A stretch of 63,983 bases of DNA, filler included, from Dimargaris cristalligena (taxonomy: Eukaryota): assembly GCA_003614675.1 (NCBI GenBank). It is 4 parts of 4 records of this genome, joined end to end, with 100 filler letters (N's around TTAATTAATTAA, not from the genome) between each part and the next. Parts side by side here need not be neighbours in the genome. Positions count along the whole stretch, not along the records: positions 33,699 to 50,416 come from ML002836.1; 3 more parts are not named here. One strand, written 5' to 3'. This document shows, piece by piece, positions 38,028-50,516 of the stretch. The notes beneath the pieces are model-generated. The model was not told where the DNA came from, searched no databases, and was given only the letters and a program-made list of their open reading frames with translations. Every line of letters begins with the position of its first letter. The first letter of the stretch is position 1. The position numbers and the translations under genes are program-made.

Positions 38028-40712
38028 TCACGCCGTGCGGGTCTTCGACTTGGATTCGATAAATTTAATAATGGCTTCCTGGGTATCGGCGAGAAGATCC
38101 TGCAGTAGGGGCTTGGGCTTGTTAAACGCAAAACGCTGGCCTTGTCCTAGGTTAATCGGGGGTTGCTTGAGAAGAGGGTGGCTCGGGTGAAGTCCAATGT
38201 ACGAGTGTTTGTAGTACCAGGCCTCTTTAGAGGCCGCAACAGTGTGAACGTGGACCTGGTCATTCACCTGCGATCCCTCAATGTCCAAGGTACCCGGAAC
38301 TCCCATATACGCTCGGACCCGGGTCTCAACGGGACGGGCTGATATCAGCTGGGTGATAGCTGCACATCCGGTGCGCCCTACCCCCAAAAAGAGGATCGGC
38401 TTTCCTAATACACCCAGTAAATTGTCCCAGAGGTTAAGCAGGACAGATCGGAAAGTGGCCAAGGTCCCGGCTGGGTCCCGGCAGGATCGTTTGTAAGGCA
38501 CCGTTACATCAATCACCCCGAGTCCCAGGGCCGAGAAGTGTATGTCGCATTGGGTAATGGTATCCACCGGCAGGTGTTGGGCCGGGTCAATGATTTGGTC
38601 TCCTGAGGTGAGCAAGGCCCGCAAGTTGGCGGTATCGTGGACCAGTATCACTAGGCACGGTTTGCCTCGGAAATCGGCCGACATGAAGATCGGGTCCGGG
38701 ATCACCGTGCTTAATAGCGAGCTCGGCAGTTCGGTAAAACGGTGTGTGTCCATCAACAACCTCGTCCGAAAGGCCCGGTAGAAACTGTTTAGGTTAGCAA
38801 GGACCGGGCCCTTGGGAACCACTTCCGCATTTCTGAAACATTTCCAATAAGGGCCGTGGGCCTCCTGGACAGCCTGAATGGTGTTTAGACAGGCCGGGGA
38901 GGGTTTGAGCGAGGATAGCAAGGGTAATGAGGGACCGGGGCCCTTGGGTGGCGGATTTGGGAGAATACCTGAGGGACAGAGTGGTTGGCGCATGTTGATG
39001 TTGATATATATATATATATATTATTATTAAAAAAAAACAGGATTGTATCATTAGTGTATTTGCGTCTAAGAGGGCTCTGGGTTCATGTATCAATTCATTT
39101 ATTTTCCCATTTAGATGCATTCAAGATCATTAAGCTGCATACTCCAAAACAAATGGCCCTCTGACTTACCTGTGGGGTTGCTGGGAGGCAGGTGGTTCCA
39201 GCTATCCATATTGTCACCTAGCAGGACTTGCACACAGGCCAACGCCGACTGGGCCGTGGCCTCGAGATTGTAGCCGCCCTAATAAATGGTAGTAGTAGTG
39301 GTTAGTTAGGTGGGTAAAAGTAGAGGGGGGTTAGGGGGTTTACTGGAATTAGCCCAACACTGGAAATTGGATTGAAGCCGGTTTGGCATCAGTCTAAATT
39401 AACAACTGTTACATAATAGAGTATCCGGTGCAGCGCGTTATACCTCCAGTGATAAAACCAGGCGGCCCCCGGCGAGTGTTTTAAGGAGGGCGGTCATGTG
39501 GGCGTACCCCTGGGGCGTGACCAGGCATTCGCCAATATCGTCCCCCTTGGCTGCATCGAAGCCGCAGGCCACAATCACCAGGTCCGGTGCAAACTCGCGG
39601 GCCATGGGCATCAGTAAAGTGTTGAAGGCGTGTAAGTAGTCGGCATCACCCATTTGGGGACAGGGCCAGGCGACATTAACCGTACTAAATGGAGGGAATG
39701 CAGCCGGATATATAGTCCACACACACGGTGGGGTGGAAGTCAGAGCCGGGTTAATAAGTAGGCGGTGGATTCGGAGGTAGGAACCGATAGGACATGCGCA
39801 TAAAGGAAAGTGACGAATGGTGGAAAAATACACCATAAGGACCTACCGACCGGCTCCGGGCCCGTCGCCTACTACATGGCAGGCCGCGATGGGGGAACTG
39901 GGGTAGAACTCGGCGTTCTCGTAGCGGTGCAGAGAAAAATACAGCACGTTGGGGTCTTTAATGAAGGCCTCCTGGATGCCGTTGCCGTGGTGGACATCCC
40001 AGTCGACAATGAGGACTTTTTTGATCCCATAGTGCTCCTGGACCCAGCGGGTGGCGATGGCCACATTATTGTACAAACAGAAGCCCATGGGTTCGTTGAT
40101 TTCGGCGTGGTGGCCCGGCGGTCGGATAATGGCGAATCCATTCCGGATGTGACCGGTCACCACGGCCTGGCACAGCTGGATGAGGCCGCCACACGAGAGC
40201 CGGGCGCAGTAGGCGGATTCCGGACAGAGATAGACGGAGTCGAATTGCTGAGCCAATCGGTCAAGCTGAGGGGCGGACAAAACTGGGCCAAGGGTAGGAG
40301 AGAAGGGCGAGATTGATCATTGTGATATATATATATAAATTCGATGCTATAAATTAATTTACAAAGATCCGCCCAGGGCGGAGGAGGGTAGTAGGCTTAG
40401 TTGGCACTCGGGTAAAATCAACAAGTATCGCTTACACTGGGTCTGTGTGAGGGTGGCATGGTGGCTCGGGTCGTGGATAAGCAAAACGTCCTCCGTGGCG
40501 GCTTCCTTGACGGCAATGCGCACGCACCGGTTGAAGCAGCCGGCGTCCACAAGGGCCTCATAGATCTTCCAAATGCGGCGGGGGTCTTCGGGGTGGCGGT
40601 CTTTGGGATCCAGGGGCGCGTGGAATTTCATGCGCACATCGTATACGATGCCCGTCGAACCGGTGGTGGGGGGCCCCGCGGAGTCGCCCTCGAGGGCCAT
40701 GTCAGTGTCCAT
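38028..40712 (-). CDS. HDA1: Class II histone deacetylase Hda1/Clr3 with C-terminal Arb2-like region, 5 exons, about 667 aa
   Basis: Exons 40712-40436, 40282-39847, 39684-39444, 39278-39170 and 38968-38028 join in frame (2004 nt). Motifs [43 protein letters not shown] and LEGGY. Confidence 0.93.
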
Positions 40713-42778
40713 GGGGTGGGAATGGAGCCAGACGGGAATGTAGGTGAAGGAATTTATTTAGAAAGTGAATCAAGTAGAGGAGCTCTCCTCGTGAAGTTAG
40801 ACGAAAAGCAAGCGGGACCTCATACTTGTGGTGTTGGCTGTGCAGATTGAACTGTTGGTAAGGCGGGTTGTTGCCGGTGGCCTGGCCTCCATTGGCCAGG
40901 AGGGGTCTGTGTGCTGGTAAACCCCGTCGAAGGCAGTCGGTTGGGTGTGAGGGTTTGTTTGGTGGCTGGGCCGAATAGTCCGAAATTTCTTGCTGAAGGT
41001 CATTTTTGGCTATTATTTTGATTATTGTTATCATTATGGCTATTATTGTTAGGCGGGCCTTAATAATTGAGTAGTACCCACAGCAATGTCACCGAATTAG
41101 ATTATATAGCCGGGTTATGCTGCCCTCAGGGTGGGCGGAGCTCGTTTCCGACTTGGCCTCCCATAGTTTAGATAGGGCGACCTTTTCTGTAATGGATGCT
41201 CATCCATCCTGTGACCCGGTGTACCATTTTTTGGATTGGGCCACCGCCATGACATCAAGTCCACCAACGACCATCGGACTCCGCTGGCTGGCTAGGCGCA
41301 GTCTCTTTTTCCTACAGAGGAGAAAAGATTCGAGGAGATTCAACCCACTCAACAACACCAGGCGTAGATTAGGGCGGATTAATAAGAAAATCGCCACCGC
41401 CATTGAATGAGGGGAGTAAGAAACCGCTGTGAGAGAGGAGATCCCCCTATAGTGGAAAGAGAGAGAGAGAGAGAGAAGGGATCTCCTCTTTAACCAATGG
41501 GTTTCGAGGGGATTCACAGAACAGTCCCTCCGCCATTCTCATTAATCCATACAGGCACTGGATGCAGCTAACTAGTCAGTCCGCCCACTGTTGCCTAGAG
41601 TGTGTTTCATCACTGCTGAGTGTGGCCAGCGAGGGGAGATAGAGGAGGAGGGGGGGTTACGATCACCTAAACCGAGCCTTTAGGGTTGGCCTTGAGGGGC
41701 AGTGCCTAAAGATGTTGTTGTGGTTATGATTTTTAGAGAACAAGGATATTCTGACGCTGAACGGTGTGAAATCGCCTATTCGGAGGATAATGTGTGATTC
41801 CCGAAGTAGTATATTGGATTTCCGGCTTTTAACAATAGGCAATCTCACAGTATGAGGGATGTTCGCTAGCTAGCCCGACTGGAAAAGCTATTATTATCAT
41901 TATTATCATGGTGGTCATTGGAAGTACTCGGAACGGTCAATTAAATCGCGCATATCGAAGTCCAGGCATGCAGGGAGATTGGTCCACTGGAGGAAGGACG
42001 GGAGGTCGGTCATTTTTCGTGTCCGAATAATGGCAATGGCGAAGGAGGAGAGGGATTGTCTTCGTCTTCACTATATGGGGGGTGAAGGACCGGCCAATCC
42101 TCAGCAATGTGACGGAATAGCCTCAAGCTGGGCCAATCTGCTGGGGTTTATTAAACAATAGTTCATTCACCGTCGCCAATCCCTTCATATATCCCTCAGC
42201 CTATGGGGGTTAGTTGCCCACACCTCCCTTTTGCTTAGGCGGGTTGGTCCTCGTTCGTTCGTTGCTGACATTAATAGGCTGGCTGTCGACTCGCCGGGTC
42301 CTTCAATCGAGGGAAGAGGCAAATATGATATAATCTACGGTGGACATTTGGTCCCCCCAGGACAGAAAACAGACCGGACAATGCAGCCAGGAGGGGACAA
42401 TCAGTCAGCACCAGGAACCCCCCAATGGAGGGAGGGTGGATTATAGTGCATGTGTGTCTATATATGTGTGTGTGTGTGTGGGGTGGGTGGTACAGGTAAA
42501 TTCCTGGTGTAGCCGAGCCAAGGTAATGGGGTCGGCGACTAAGGAAAACAGGGGAGGTGCAATATTAAGGAGAGGAGGCTCCTATTTCCCCCAAATGACT
42601 CAACCCCTTGCGGTTGGCTGGCCTGAAGGATCTTCGCTCGACAGGTCTGTTTTGGGCGAGAATGCAATTAGATTGACCACTAAGCCTTCAGTCGCTCCAC
42701 TCTCCCCATCTATCCCAATGGCCGCGGTTGATCTGGTGCTGCTGTCCCATTCACCCACCCGCCATTCTACCCCCCGTT

Positions 42779-42786
42779 TATAAATA
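42779..42786 (+). promoter_or_regulatory. TATA box of the GPI protein gene
   Basis: TATAAATA 151 bp upstream of the ATG at 42930, followed by a CT-rich leader. Confidence 0.6.
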
Positions 42787-42929
42787 CCGCTTCCGGCCGC
42801 GCGTCCCCGTCTTTTCTTCGTTGTCTAGCCTCCCCCCGTTTTGTTACGATCTCATTTCACCATTTAGTACCTCCTCGCGAGCCGCCCCGCTTGTTGCCTT
42901 TCCTTAATCTCACTACACATCTCATCAAT

Positions 42930-43412
42930 ATGAAGTTCGCTCTCGTCCTCGCTGCCCTGGCCACCGCTGCCTTCGCCCAGAACTCCACCGAACCCGCCAC
43001 CACCACCGCCGAGGTCGTCGTCCCCACCTACGTGCCCACCGCTGAGGAGAAGTGCATCGAGGACAACAACTGCGGTACCGATATGGACTGCCTGGCTGCC
43101 TGCTACAAGGTCCCCAACCCCACCGCCGAAAACCTCAACAAGACCAACGAATGTTTCGCCAAGTGCCCCGAAACCGGTGACATCAACGTCATCTCCCAGT
43201 GCCGCGATTCCTGCATCAACCAGTACTACATGCCCACTTCCCAGGTCAAGATCCCCGCCACCTCTGCCGGTTCCAAGGCTACTGGTACCGCTTCCGATGC
43301 CAAGCCCAGCGGTTCCTCCGACAGCTCCGACAGTGATAGCGGTGCCGCCTCCCTGGTTGCCACTTTCGCCCTTGCCGTCCCCGCCGTCGCTGCCCTGTCC
43401 CAGCTTCTCTAA
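42930..43412 (+). CDS. Small secreted 8-Cys, Ser/Thr-rich, GPI-anchored cell-surface protein (160 aa)
   Basis: Signal MKFALVLAALATAAFA, an 8-Cys domain with VPNP, a Ser/Thr stalk, omega-like SGA and a hydrophobic tail. Strong C-ending codon bias. Confidence 0.9.
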   Translation: MKFALVLAALATAAFAQNSTEPATTTAEVVVPTYVPTAEEKCIEDNNCGTDMDCLAACYKVPNPTAENLNKTNECFAKCPETGDINVISQCRDSCINQYYMPTSQVKIPATSAGSKATGTASDAKPSGSSDSSDSDSGAASLVATFALAVPAVAALSQLL

Positions 43413-43552
43413 TTTGTCTTTTTTCTCCCTTTTTCGTAGTAGTTCTGTATGCTAGACATCTATTTCCTAATAATGGGCAATTGGCATTCCGGCTTAATTT
43501 TTTATTAACGTCTTATTCCTATTAAATAAAGTCGGCTAATTCGTCTTTACCC

Positions 43553-44910
43553 CTAGCGTGTTGGAAAGCGCGACGAGTAGTGGTGTCCATAGGTGGTTTC
43601 CTCTTCAAGCGACTCATCCGCCGACACTTGGATAATGCATTTGCCCAGATTCTTGCCGGCCATGACCCCTGAGAGGGCCTGGGGACCGTTCTCGATACCG
43701 CACACTAGGTCAATATTGAAGCTGACCTTCTTTCGGTCGATGAGCTGGAGCATATCGCGAACAAATTCGCCGTAGAACGCCTGGTAGATATTCTTGACAT
43801 TGAACCCTAAAATCGTGGAATTCGTCGCCGATATCAGGGTCAGTTTTTTGACCCCCTGGCTGGATTGCCGACAGATGGCATTGTCGGACATGAGGCCGCC
43901 CATAATAATCCGCCCTCCGCGGTTGAGTTTGGTCAGGACATTATCTATACCAGCCCCGCTCACACAGTCAAAATAGATATCTACCCCATCGGGGAAGTAT
44001 TGGGAGAGGGCCTCGGACCGGTCGGACATGGCGTAGTAGTTGAAGACCCGAGTGACATACCGATTCTTCTTCAAGAGGTTCACCTTGGTTGTACTACCCA
44101 CCACCGCCACCACTTTGAGGCCCATGATGCCTGCGAGTTGTACCACCATTTGACCTATTTATAGTGAGGGATGGGGGCCACGGTCCCCCCATTGCAAAAA
44201 TTCGGGGGTTTTAAATATGAACAAAAAAAAATGGGGTTATTAGTTTAAATGTTAGGGGGTTAGATGAAAGATGGGGAAGGTCACACCCAAGCCACCACCG
44301 TCGTTGATTCGTTCGCAGTCCTTCCAATAAGGTGGTCCGGCTCGCACTTACCGACACCGCTTGTGGCTGCCGAGACGAGAACGGTTTCGCCGGGTTTGGC
44401 CAGGGCCAGTTTGGTTAGGCCGTACCATGCGGAGAAGGAGTGCATACTGAGCACCCCCATAAACCATTGAGCGGGCAGGGACGCCAGCTGGTCCCGTAAA
44501 GGTATAAGCGCCGGCCCTCCATTCACTACCCCGTAGGACGCCCAGGGAAACTCCCAGCCCATGACGCGCTCGCCCGACTCATACTGCGGGTGCTGCGAGG
44601 CCAGCACTATTCCCAAGCCGAATCCGCGGACCACCTGGTTGAGTGGCAGTAGCCCTGCGTTGAACTTGGTCTCCCACTGGCCGTCCATCCGAAAGTACAT
44701 GTTGGTATCCACCGAGAGGTACACGGGTTGGACCAAGACCTGGCCTGCGTTCAGGCTAGAATCCGGCGGTATTGCCACTTTATGGTCCACCCGGAATAGA
44801 CAGGGTTGGAGGGCTTCCCCGTTCATGTAGGCTACGAGGATCACCTGGGCCGGTGGGGTGAGTAGCGTAGGCGCTGGATACAGAGAACTGTTGCGCATCG
44901 CGGGTGCCAT
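43553..44910 (-). CDS. Zn-independent NADP-dependent MDR oxidoreductase (prostaglandin/2-alkenal reductase family), 2 exons, about 386 aa
   Basis: Exons 44910-44352 and 44154-43553. Motifs YLSVDTNM, AWYGL, KPGETVLVSAATSGVGQMVVQLA, GVDIYFDCV, GIENGPQAL and GKNLGK. Confidence 0.9.
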
Positions 44911-45346
44911 TTTGATGTGGAATAATTAAGGCTTGTAATGCCCCACCCTGGTACTGGTCGTGAGGGTGTTATCTATAGGGGGCTAATGGGCAATTTGATT
45001 ACAATAGATAAAGTGGCGGCTTGGCAACTGATAATTTTTACACGGAGAAGATAAAAATGGGTTCGCAATGCTGGTAGCTCAAGTTTGGTGCCCATATGTT
45101 GTTACCAGGCACCCCTCCTTAATCACAGCCCCTTTGCTTTTTGTTCAACGGGTCTTTCCCACCTGAAACCTACGCTACCCCGCTAACTCTTCCTGTAGCC
45201 TGGTTTTGATCAATGGGTGTGGGACTCATATACCAGTGGTCCACCGTTTCAGCCTACAGCACGGGTTTTCGGTCAGTATCAATCAATTATTGGTAGCGCT
45301 TTATTAGTGAAACCGCCGGGTACTAAACCAGCCGGGTGGGTTATTA

Positions 45347-46297
45347 TTACATGGTTCGGCGGAGAGAATGCTTGGCATCGTCCTCCCGGTTTTGATAGAT
45401 AATGCGTCCGATCCGCCAGACCACCGCTTCATTGATCTTAGCAAACCGCGTAATATTGGCCTTCCACTCCAGCCAAAAGAACCGCTCCGGCTGCTCGTTG
45501 GGCTGGGCCGCCTGTAGCTTGGGTAAGGCGGCCTGCTTAACCTCCCAGGTTTTCATGAATCGCAGCGACGGGGTGAGCTGGTCGATGCGTAGGGTTGTTT
45601 GGCGGGTTTTGCCCAAGAGCGTGAGGGTCTCCAGGGTTAGGGTGGTGGCGGGGCGGAGCTCAATCGGGAAGTCGGCCAAGTCGCGCTCCATTTTTTGGTG
45701 GTACTGGTCCATTTCCTCTTGACTCATGGTGGCCGCCATTTTACTATTCTTGCCGAAAATCGACCCCAACACCGAACTCCCCGGGGGACTCGAGGCCGCA
45801 GTTCGCTGGGCTTCGGGAGCGATGACCAGGGGGCTCATGAAGGTGAGCTCGGGCAGCCGATGGCTGGCCTGGGTACCCTCCGGGGTTGGGAAGTGGACAA
45901 AGATGCGGGAAATGTAGGGCCGGAGGACGAAGCCCAGCAGAACGGTAATGCCTAGGCTGGAGATGGCGGTGAATCCGACGGTAAAGATTAGCAGACCAAA
46001 CGAGGGCATGCTCGGGGTGCCCCAGAGAGCGGCCACCATGGGGATAGAGGCCATGGCGGCCCCGGCGCTCGAGACGGAGAATACCTTGAGAATCCGCACC
46101 GCCCGACAGCTGGGGCCTTCAAAGACTAGAATGGGGGCCGGGGGATCCGACACAGGCTTCTGGCTTAGAAATCGCCGGGGATTCAGTGGCGCGGCGATAC
46201 TAAGGCGAGTAGTGGAGGAGGAGTGTCGGAGCGCTTGCCGCCACGGGGCCAGGGGCCCGGACCTGAGCAGGGACAAGCGAATTAGGGGATACGGCAT
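45347..46297 (-). CDS. Mitochondrial inner-membrane TMEM70/TMEM186/TMEM223-family protein
   Basis: Arg/Ser/Leu-rich presequence, LVFEGP..RAVRILKVFSVSS, two hydrophobic helices, RPYISRI and TLTLLGKTRQTTL. An alternative start at 46363 is possible. Confidence 0.7.
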   Translation of the reverse strand: MPYPLIRLSLLRSGPLAPWRQALRHSSSTTRLSIAAPLNPRRFLSQKPVSDPPAPILVFEGPSCRAVRILKVFSVSSAGAAMASIPMVAALWGTPSMPSFGLLIFTVGFTAISSLGITVLLGFVLRPYISRIFVHFPTPEGTQASHRLPELTFMSPLVIAPEAQRTAASSPPGSSVLGSIFGKNSKMAATMSQEEMDQYHQKMERDLADFPIELRPATTLTLETLTLLGKTRQTTLRIDQLTPSLRFMKTWEVKQAALPKLQAAQPNEQPERFFWLEWKANITRFAKINEAVVWRIGRIIYQNREDDAKHSLRRTM

Positions 46298-46930
46298 AGT
46301 TGAGGTAAGGGAAATATGGGGCAAGGCAAGGGAGAGGGGTCCGCGTTCGGGCAGGCCTCGCAAGCATTAATTAAGGAGCGGTTCAAATGATGATATACGG
46401 TGTAGTGTTTATCTTCCGGTGGTGGTTTTTGGGAATTGTTAAATGAATTAATTGTATATGTGAATAAATAATAAATGGGGCATATGGTTTTATGGGGCCT
46501 CGGGCGATCACGTGATCTAAAATCTAGGTGGTGGAGAAGACGCCTTTCCAATTAGGCGGGAGGAGGAATACCTTACCTACTAAAGCTTAGGCGGAATATT
46601 TTAGGTTCCTTTTTTTTTCTTAGTAGATTTATTGCCCAGCAACATCGTGTGCCTCAGCCGCCTCGACGATATATTGTTACTTGGTGACTTTTTTTGCGGG
46701 TTTCGTTCGAATCGTTTCTACTTGAGTCGCTCGTTAGTATTGCAGCTTGCCCGTTTTTCTCGATACTTTCTTACCCGACAGCTTCTCTCTGTCAGCATAG
46801 CGTATCCCATATACTCTTATACAATTCACCCTTGGATATCGGGTTAAGCTCAGAATCGCCTTTTTTCTCAATCACCCCATAGCCTGTTTCTTCTTCTGCA
46901 AACGCACCGTCTTCTGCCGGCCCGAATACC

Positions 46931-49900
46931 ATGCCCAAAACCTATTTACGCTACGAAGCCGCGGGTGCCTTCGGGGTAGTGGCCAGTGCCCGGGGTAACG
47001 CCGTTTTTGACCAGACCGGCAAGCTGATTATTTCGCCCGCTCTGGAAAAAGTGAATGTATGGAACGCCAAAAAGGGTACCTTGGAACACCAATGGGAGGA
47101 CCCCGTCAACAAAGCCGAGGTAACGGCCCTCTGTCGCAGTCCGAATGGTACCCAGTACGCCGTGGGCTACGCCGACGGGGCCATCCGGATATACGACCTC
47201 CGCTCGGGTGCCCTCGTAGTCACCTTTAACGGTCACCGCTCGGCCGTGAGCTCGCTCTGCTTCGACCGCAGCGGCGCCACTCTGGTATCGGGCGCCCGCG
47301 ATACCCACATTATTCTCTGGAATGTGTTGTCCGAAACGGGTATCTGTCGCATGATGGGTCACAAGGACGAAGTGACCGTGGTGCAGTTTCTCTACTCCAC
47401 GGTGGGTGCCGCCAAAGGTCAGGCCACGCACCTCATCAGTGCCTCCAAAGACACCCTGGTGAAGCTGTGGGACTTGGATACCCAGCACTGTGTGCACACC
47501 CTCGTCCACCACCGAAGCGAAGTCTGGGCCATGGCCATCAATCCCGCCCAAACCCTTCTCGTTACGGGGTCCTCCGATAAAAATCTGCGCGTGTGGAAAT
47601 TGCACTGCGATCGCCTCGACCGGGTCATGGATGTGGCCGATCAGGCCCTTTCCGCCACCGTCGACCCTGTCGCCGCGGGCTTCGAGCACCCCGTCTTTGA
47701 ATTCTACGGGGAGCTCGCCCGTCAGAGCACCGATCGGGTAGTTCAGCTACAATTTGACCCCCTGGGCTTTTACCTGGCCTGTTTGCCCAACCACCGCCAA
47801 ATCGAGATCTTCCGATTATACAACCACGCCGATATTCGCAAAAAGCAGACCCGTCGGTTGAAGCATAAACGCGCCAAGGCCAAGAAGACCGGGGACACTG
47901 CCGAACCCGTTCCCGACCCGACCGATGACACTATCCCCCTGGACGACGAGATCCGAAGCTACCAGGTTCTGCACTCCACCACCAAAATCCTGTCCTTTGA
48001 CTTCCCCGTCGTGCCCACCAGTGGTGCCGTAGGCCGATCCCACCACCAATCCTTCGAGGAAAGCCCCGCCGAGGCCGTGGAGTCCCTGTCGCCGCCCAAT
48101 CAAATCTCGGATATCCAAATGGCCGTACAGACTAACGACAACCGACTGCAAGTATATCAAATCACCAACCCGGATAAGGTCAAGGTGGACACCGAGGGAA
48201 TGGCGCCTTCGGTTCAGCACAGCATCGAGCTGGCCGGTCACCGCCGCGAGGTCCTGGCCGTGGCGCTCAGTTCCAACGATGAACTACTGGCTTCGGCCGC
48301 CCAGGACTCCCTGAAAATCTGGAACACCAGTACCCGCACCTGTATCCGGACAATGGAATGTGGTGCCGCCCTGTGCTGCGAATTTCTACCGGGTAATAAG
48401 CACGTGGTGGTTGGTACTCGCTCCGGTGAGCTGCAGCTATTCGACATCTCGAGTAGTACTCTCCTGGAGTCCATCCCGGCTCACTCTAAAGAGATCCGGA
48501 CCCTGGCCGTACAGCCCGACCGCCGAGGTCTGGCTACCGGATCGGCTGACCATGTTGTCAAGTTTTGGGAATTCGAATTGGCCCAGACCACGCTGGACGA
48601 CGACGAAGGTACCAGCACTGGTTTGGTACCCAATGAACAGGTTACCCTGGCCCATGTCCGGACTCTAGAAATGGACCAAAGCGTACTTTCGCTCCGGTTC
48701 AGCGCTGACATGAAATTCCTGGCCGTTGCTCTCCTGGATTCCACCATCAAGATGTTCTTCGCCGATAGCCTTAAATACCACTTGAGTTTGTACGGGCACA
48801 AACTGCCGGTAACGGCCATGGATATTTCCGACGACGGCACACTCCTGATCAGTGGGTCGTCTGATAAGAACATCAAGATCTGGGGCACAGATTTTGGTGA
48901 CTGCCATAAATCCATTTTCGCCCACCAAGACACGGTGACGGCACTCCGCTTTGTACCCCACACGCACTACTTCTTCAGCGCCGGTAAGGACCGGGTGGTC
49001 AAGTACTGGGACGCTGACAAGTTCAACCAGATCATGAAACTCGAGGGCCACCACAGTGAAGTATGGGCGCTTAGCGTGAGTCGTTATGGTAACTGGGTTG
49101 TGGCATCCGGCCGAGACCGTTCCATTCGAATGTGGGAGCGTACCGAAGAGCCCCTCTTCTTGGAAGAGGAGCGGGAACGGGAAATGGATGAGCTGTACGA
49201 AGCCAATCTGGTCCAGGATATGGAGCGTGCTCAAGTTAGCACCGACTTGGAGAACTCCGCCGAAGGGAAGGCCCAGGCCGCCGAGACCGGACGGGCTACT
49301 CGCCAAACCATGGAGTCCCTGAAAGCGGGCGAGCGTATTATTGAAGCGCTCGAACTGGTCGAAGGGGAAAGGATTGCCATGGAAACCTATGAGATGGTAG
49401 GTACCGAGTTGGCCGTTAATCATTTTGTTATTGTTTCTTTTATGTAGACAACCATTATTATAATACGGGCCTTGATTGCTAGATACTACCCATGCCCCCC
49501 TCCCCCTTGGCCGATGGTCGGCGGGGCAAAGTATCAATCGGCTCGTTTGACTCATGCTTAGCCCCATGTTGCTTCCATTTATAACGTGGGTGGGCATCAG
49601 TCCATTCGATTGATTTATTGATCTATTACTAATCCATTTTTATGATGCCGGTGCTGTATATTAACACGTTCCCTCTATAGATGAAAGACAAGGGTGCTTT
49701 GGCTATTCCAATGCCCGCCAAAAACCCCATTCTCCTGGCTTTGGGCGACATTTCGCCGGAACGTTATTTGCTGTCCACTTTAGAAAAGATCAGATCAAGC
49801 GAATTGGAAGATGCTCTGTTGATTCTACCATTCTCCAGCGTCACGGCCCTATTTCCCTATTTCGACTACTGGATCCTAAAGGGGTGGAACACTAACCTAG

Positions 49901-50175
49901 TGTGCCGCATGTTGTTTTTCTTGCTCCAGGTGCACCACCAGCAAATTACAGCGTCTCGGACCCTGGCTAGTCGTCTGGCCGCGGTTCGGCAGCACCTGCG
50001 CACTCATCTGGAGCGACAGCGCGACGCCATGGGCTTCAATATTGCCGGGCTTAAATTCCTCCAGGAACAACACATTTCCAATATGACTGCCTCATACTTT
50101 GACGAAGCAGGTATCGATTCCACTCTCAACTACGGCATGAAAAAGCGCAAGTTCATCACAGTGGCCAAGCAATAG
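46931..50175 (+). CDS. DIP2: Dip2/Utp12 (WDR3) SSU processome WD40 protein, 2 exons, about 986 aa
   Basis: MPKTYLRYE start, multiple WD40 repeats, SLYGHKLPV, DFGDCHKSIFAH, ESLKAGERIIEAL and a C-terminal Utp12 domain (ELEDALLILPF). Exons 46931-49396 and 49681-50175. Confidence 0.96.
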
Positions 50176-50416
50176 GTGCCTCTAGTAGATACCCCCTCCC
50201 ACAGCCCTTACTTTTACCCACATGCGTATACTCTTATTAATAGTTTGCTTTGAATTTACTTGGGGATAATTTAAAGAACCCCGCCGCTGATGGGCCCTTC
50301 AAATGGCTGGGCCAAACCGGTATTTTCCACTCTAGCCCGCAGGGCCATACTATACCAATCCCCAAGTAGTTGGCAGAGTTGCAATAGATGGCTGCTGATT
50401 GAGTGCTTAATGTTTA

Positions 50417-50516
50417 NNNNNNNNNNNNNNNNNNNNNNNNNNNNNNNNNNNNNNNNNNNNTTAATTAATTAANNNNNNNNNNNNNNNNNNNNNNNNNNNN
50501 NNNNNNNNNNNNNNNN
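50417..50516. other. Artificial contig linker
   Basis: 44 N + TTAATTAATTAA + 44 N. Confidence 0.97.

Noticed and set aside
40713-41517. Short ORFs upstream of HDA1, including an in-frame TGA suggesting readthrough or Sec
   Set aside because: No recognisable homology, no SECIS seen and multiple stops; probably promoter or UTR sequence.
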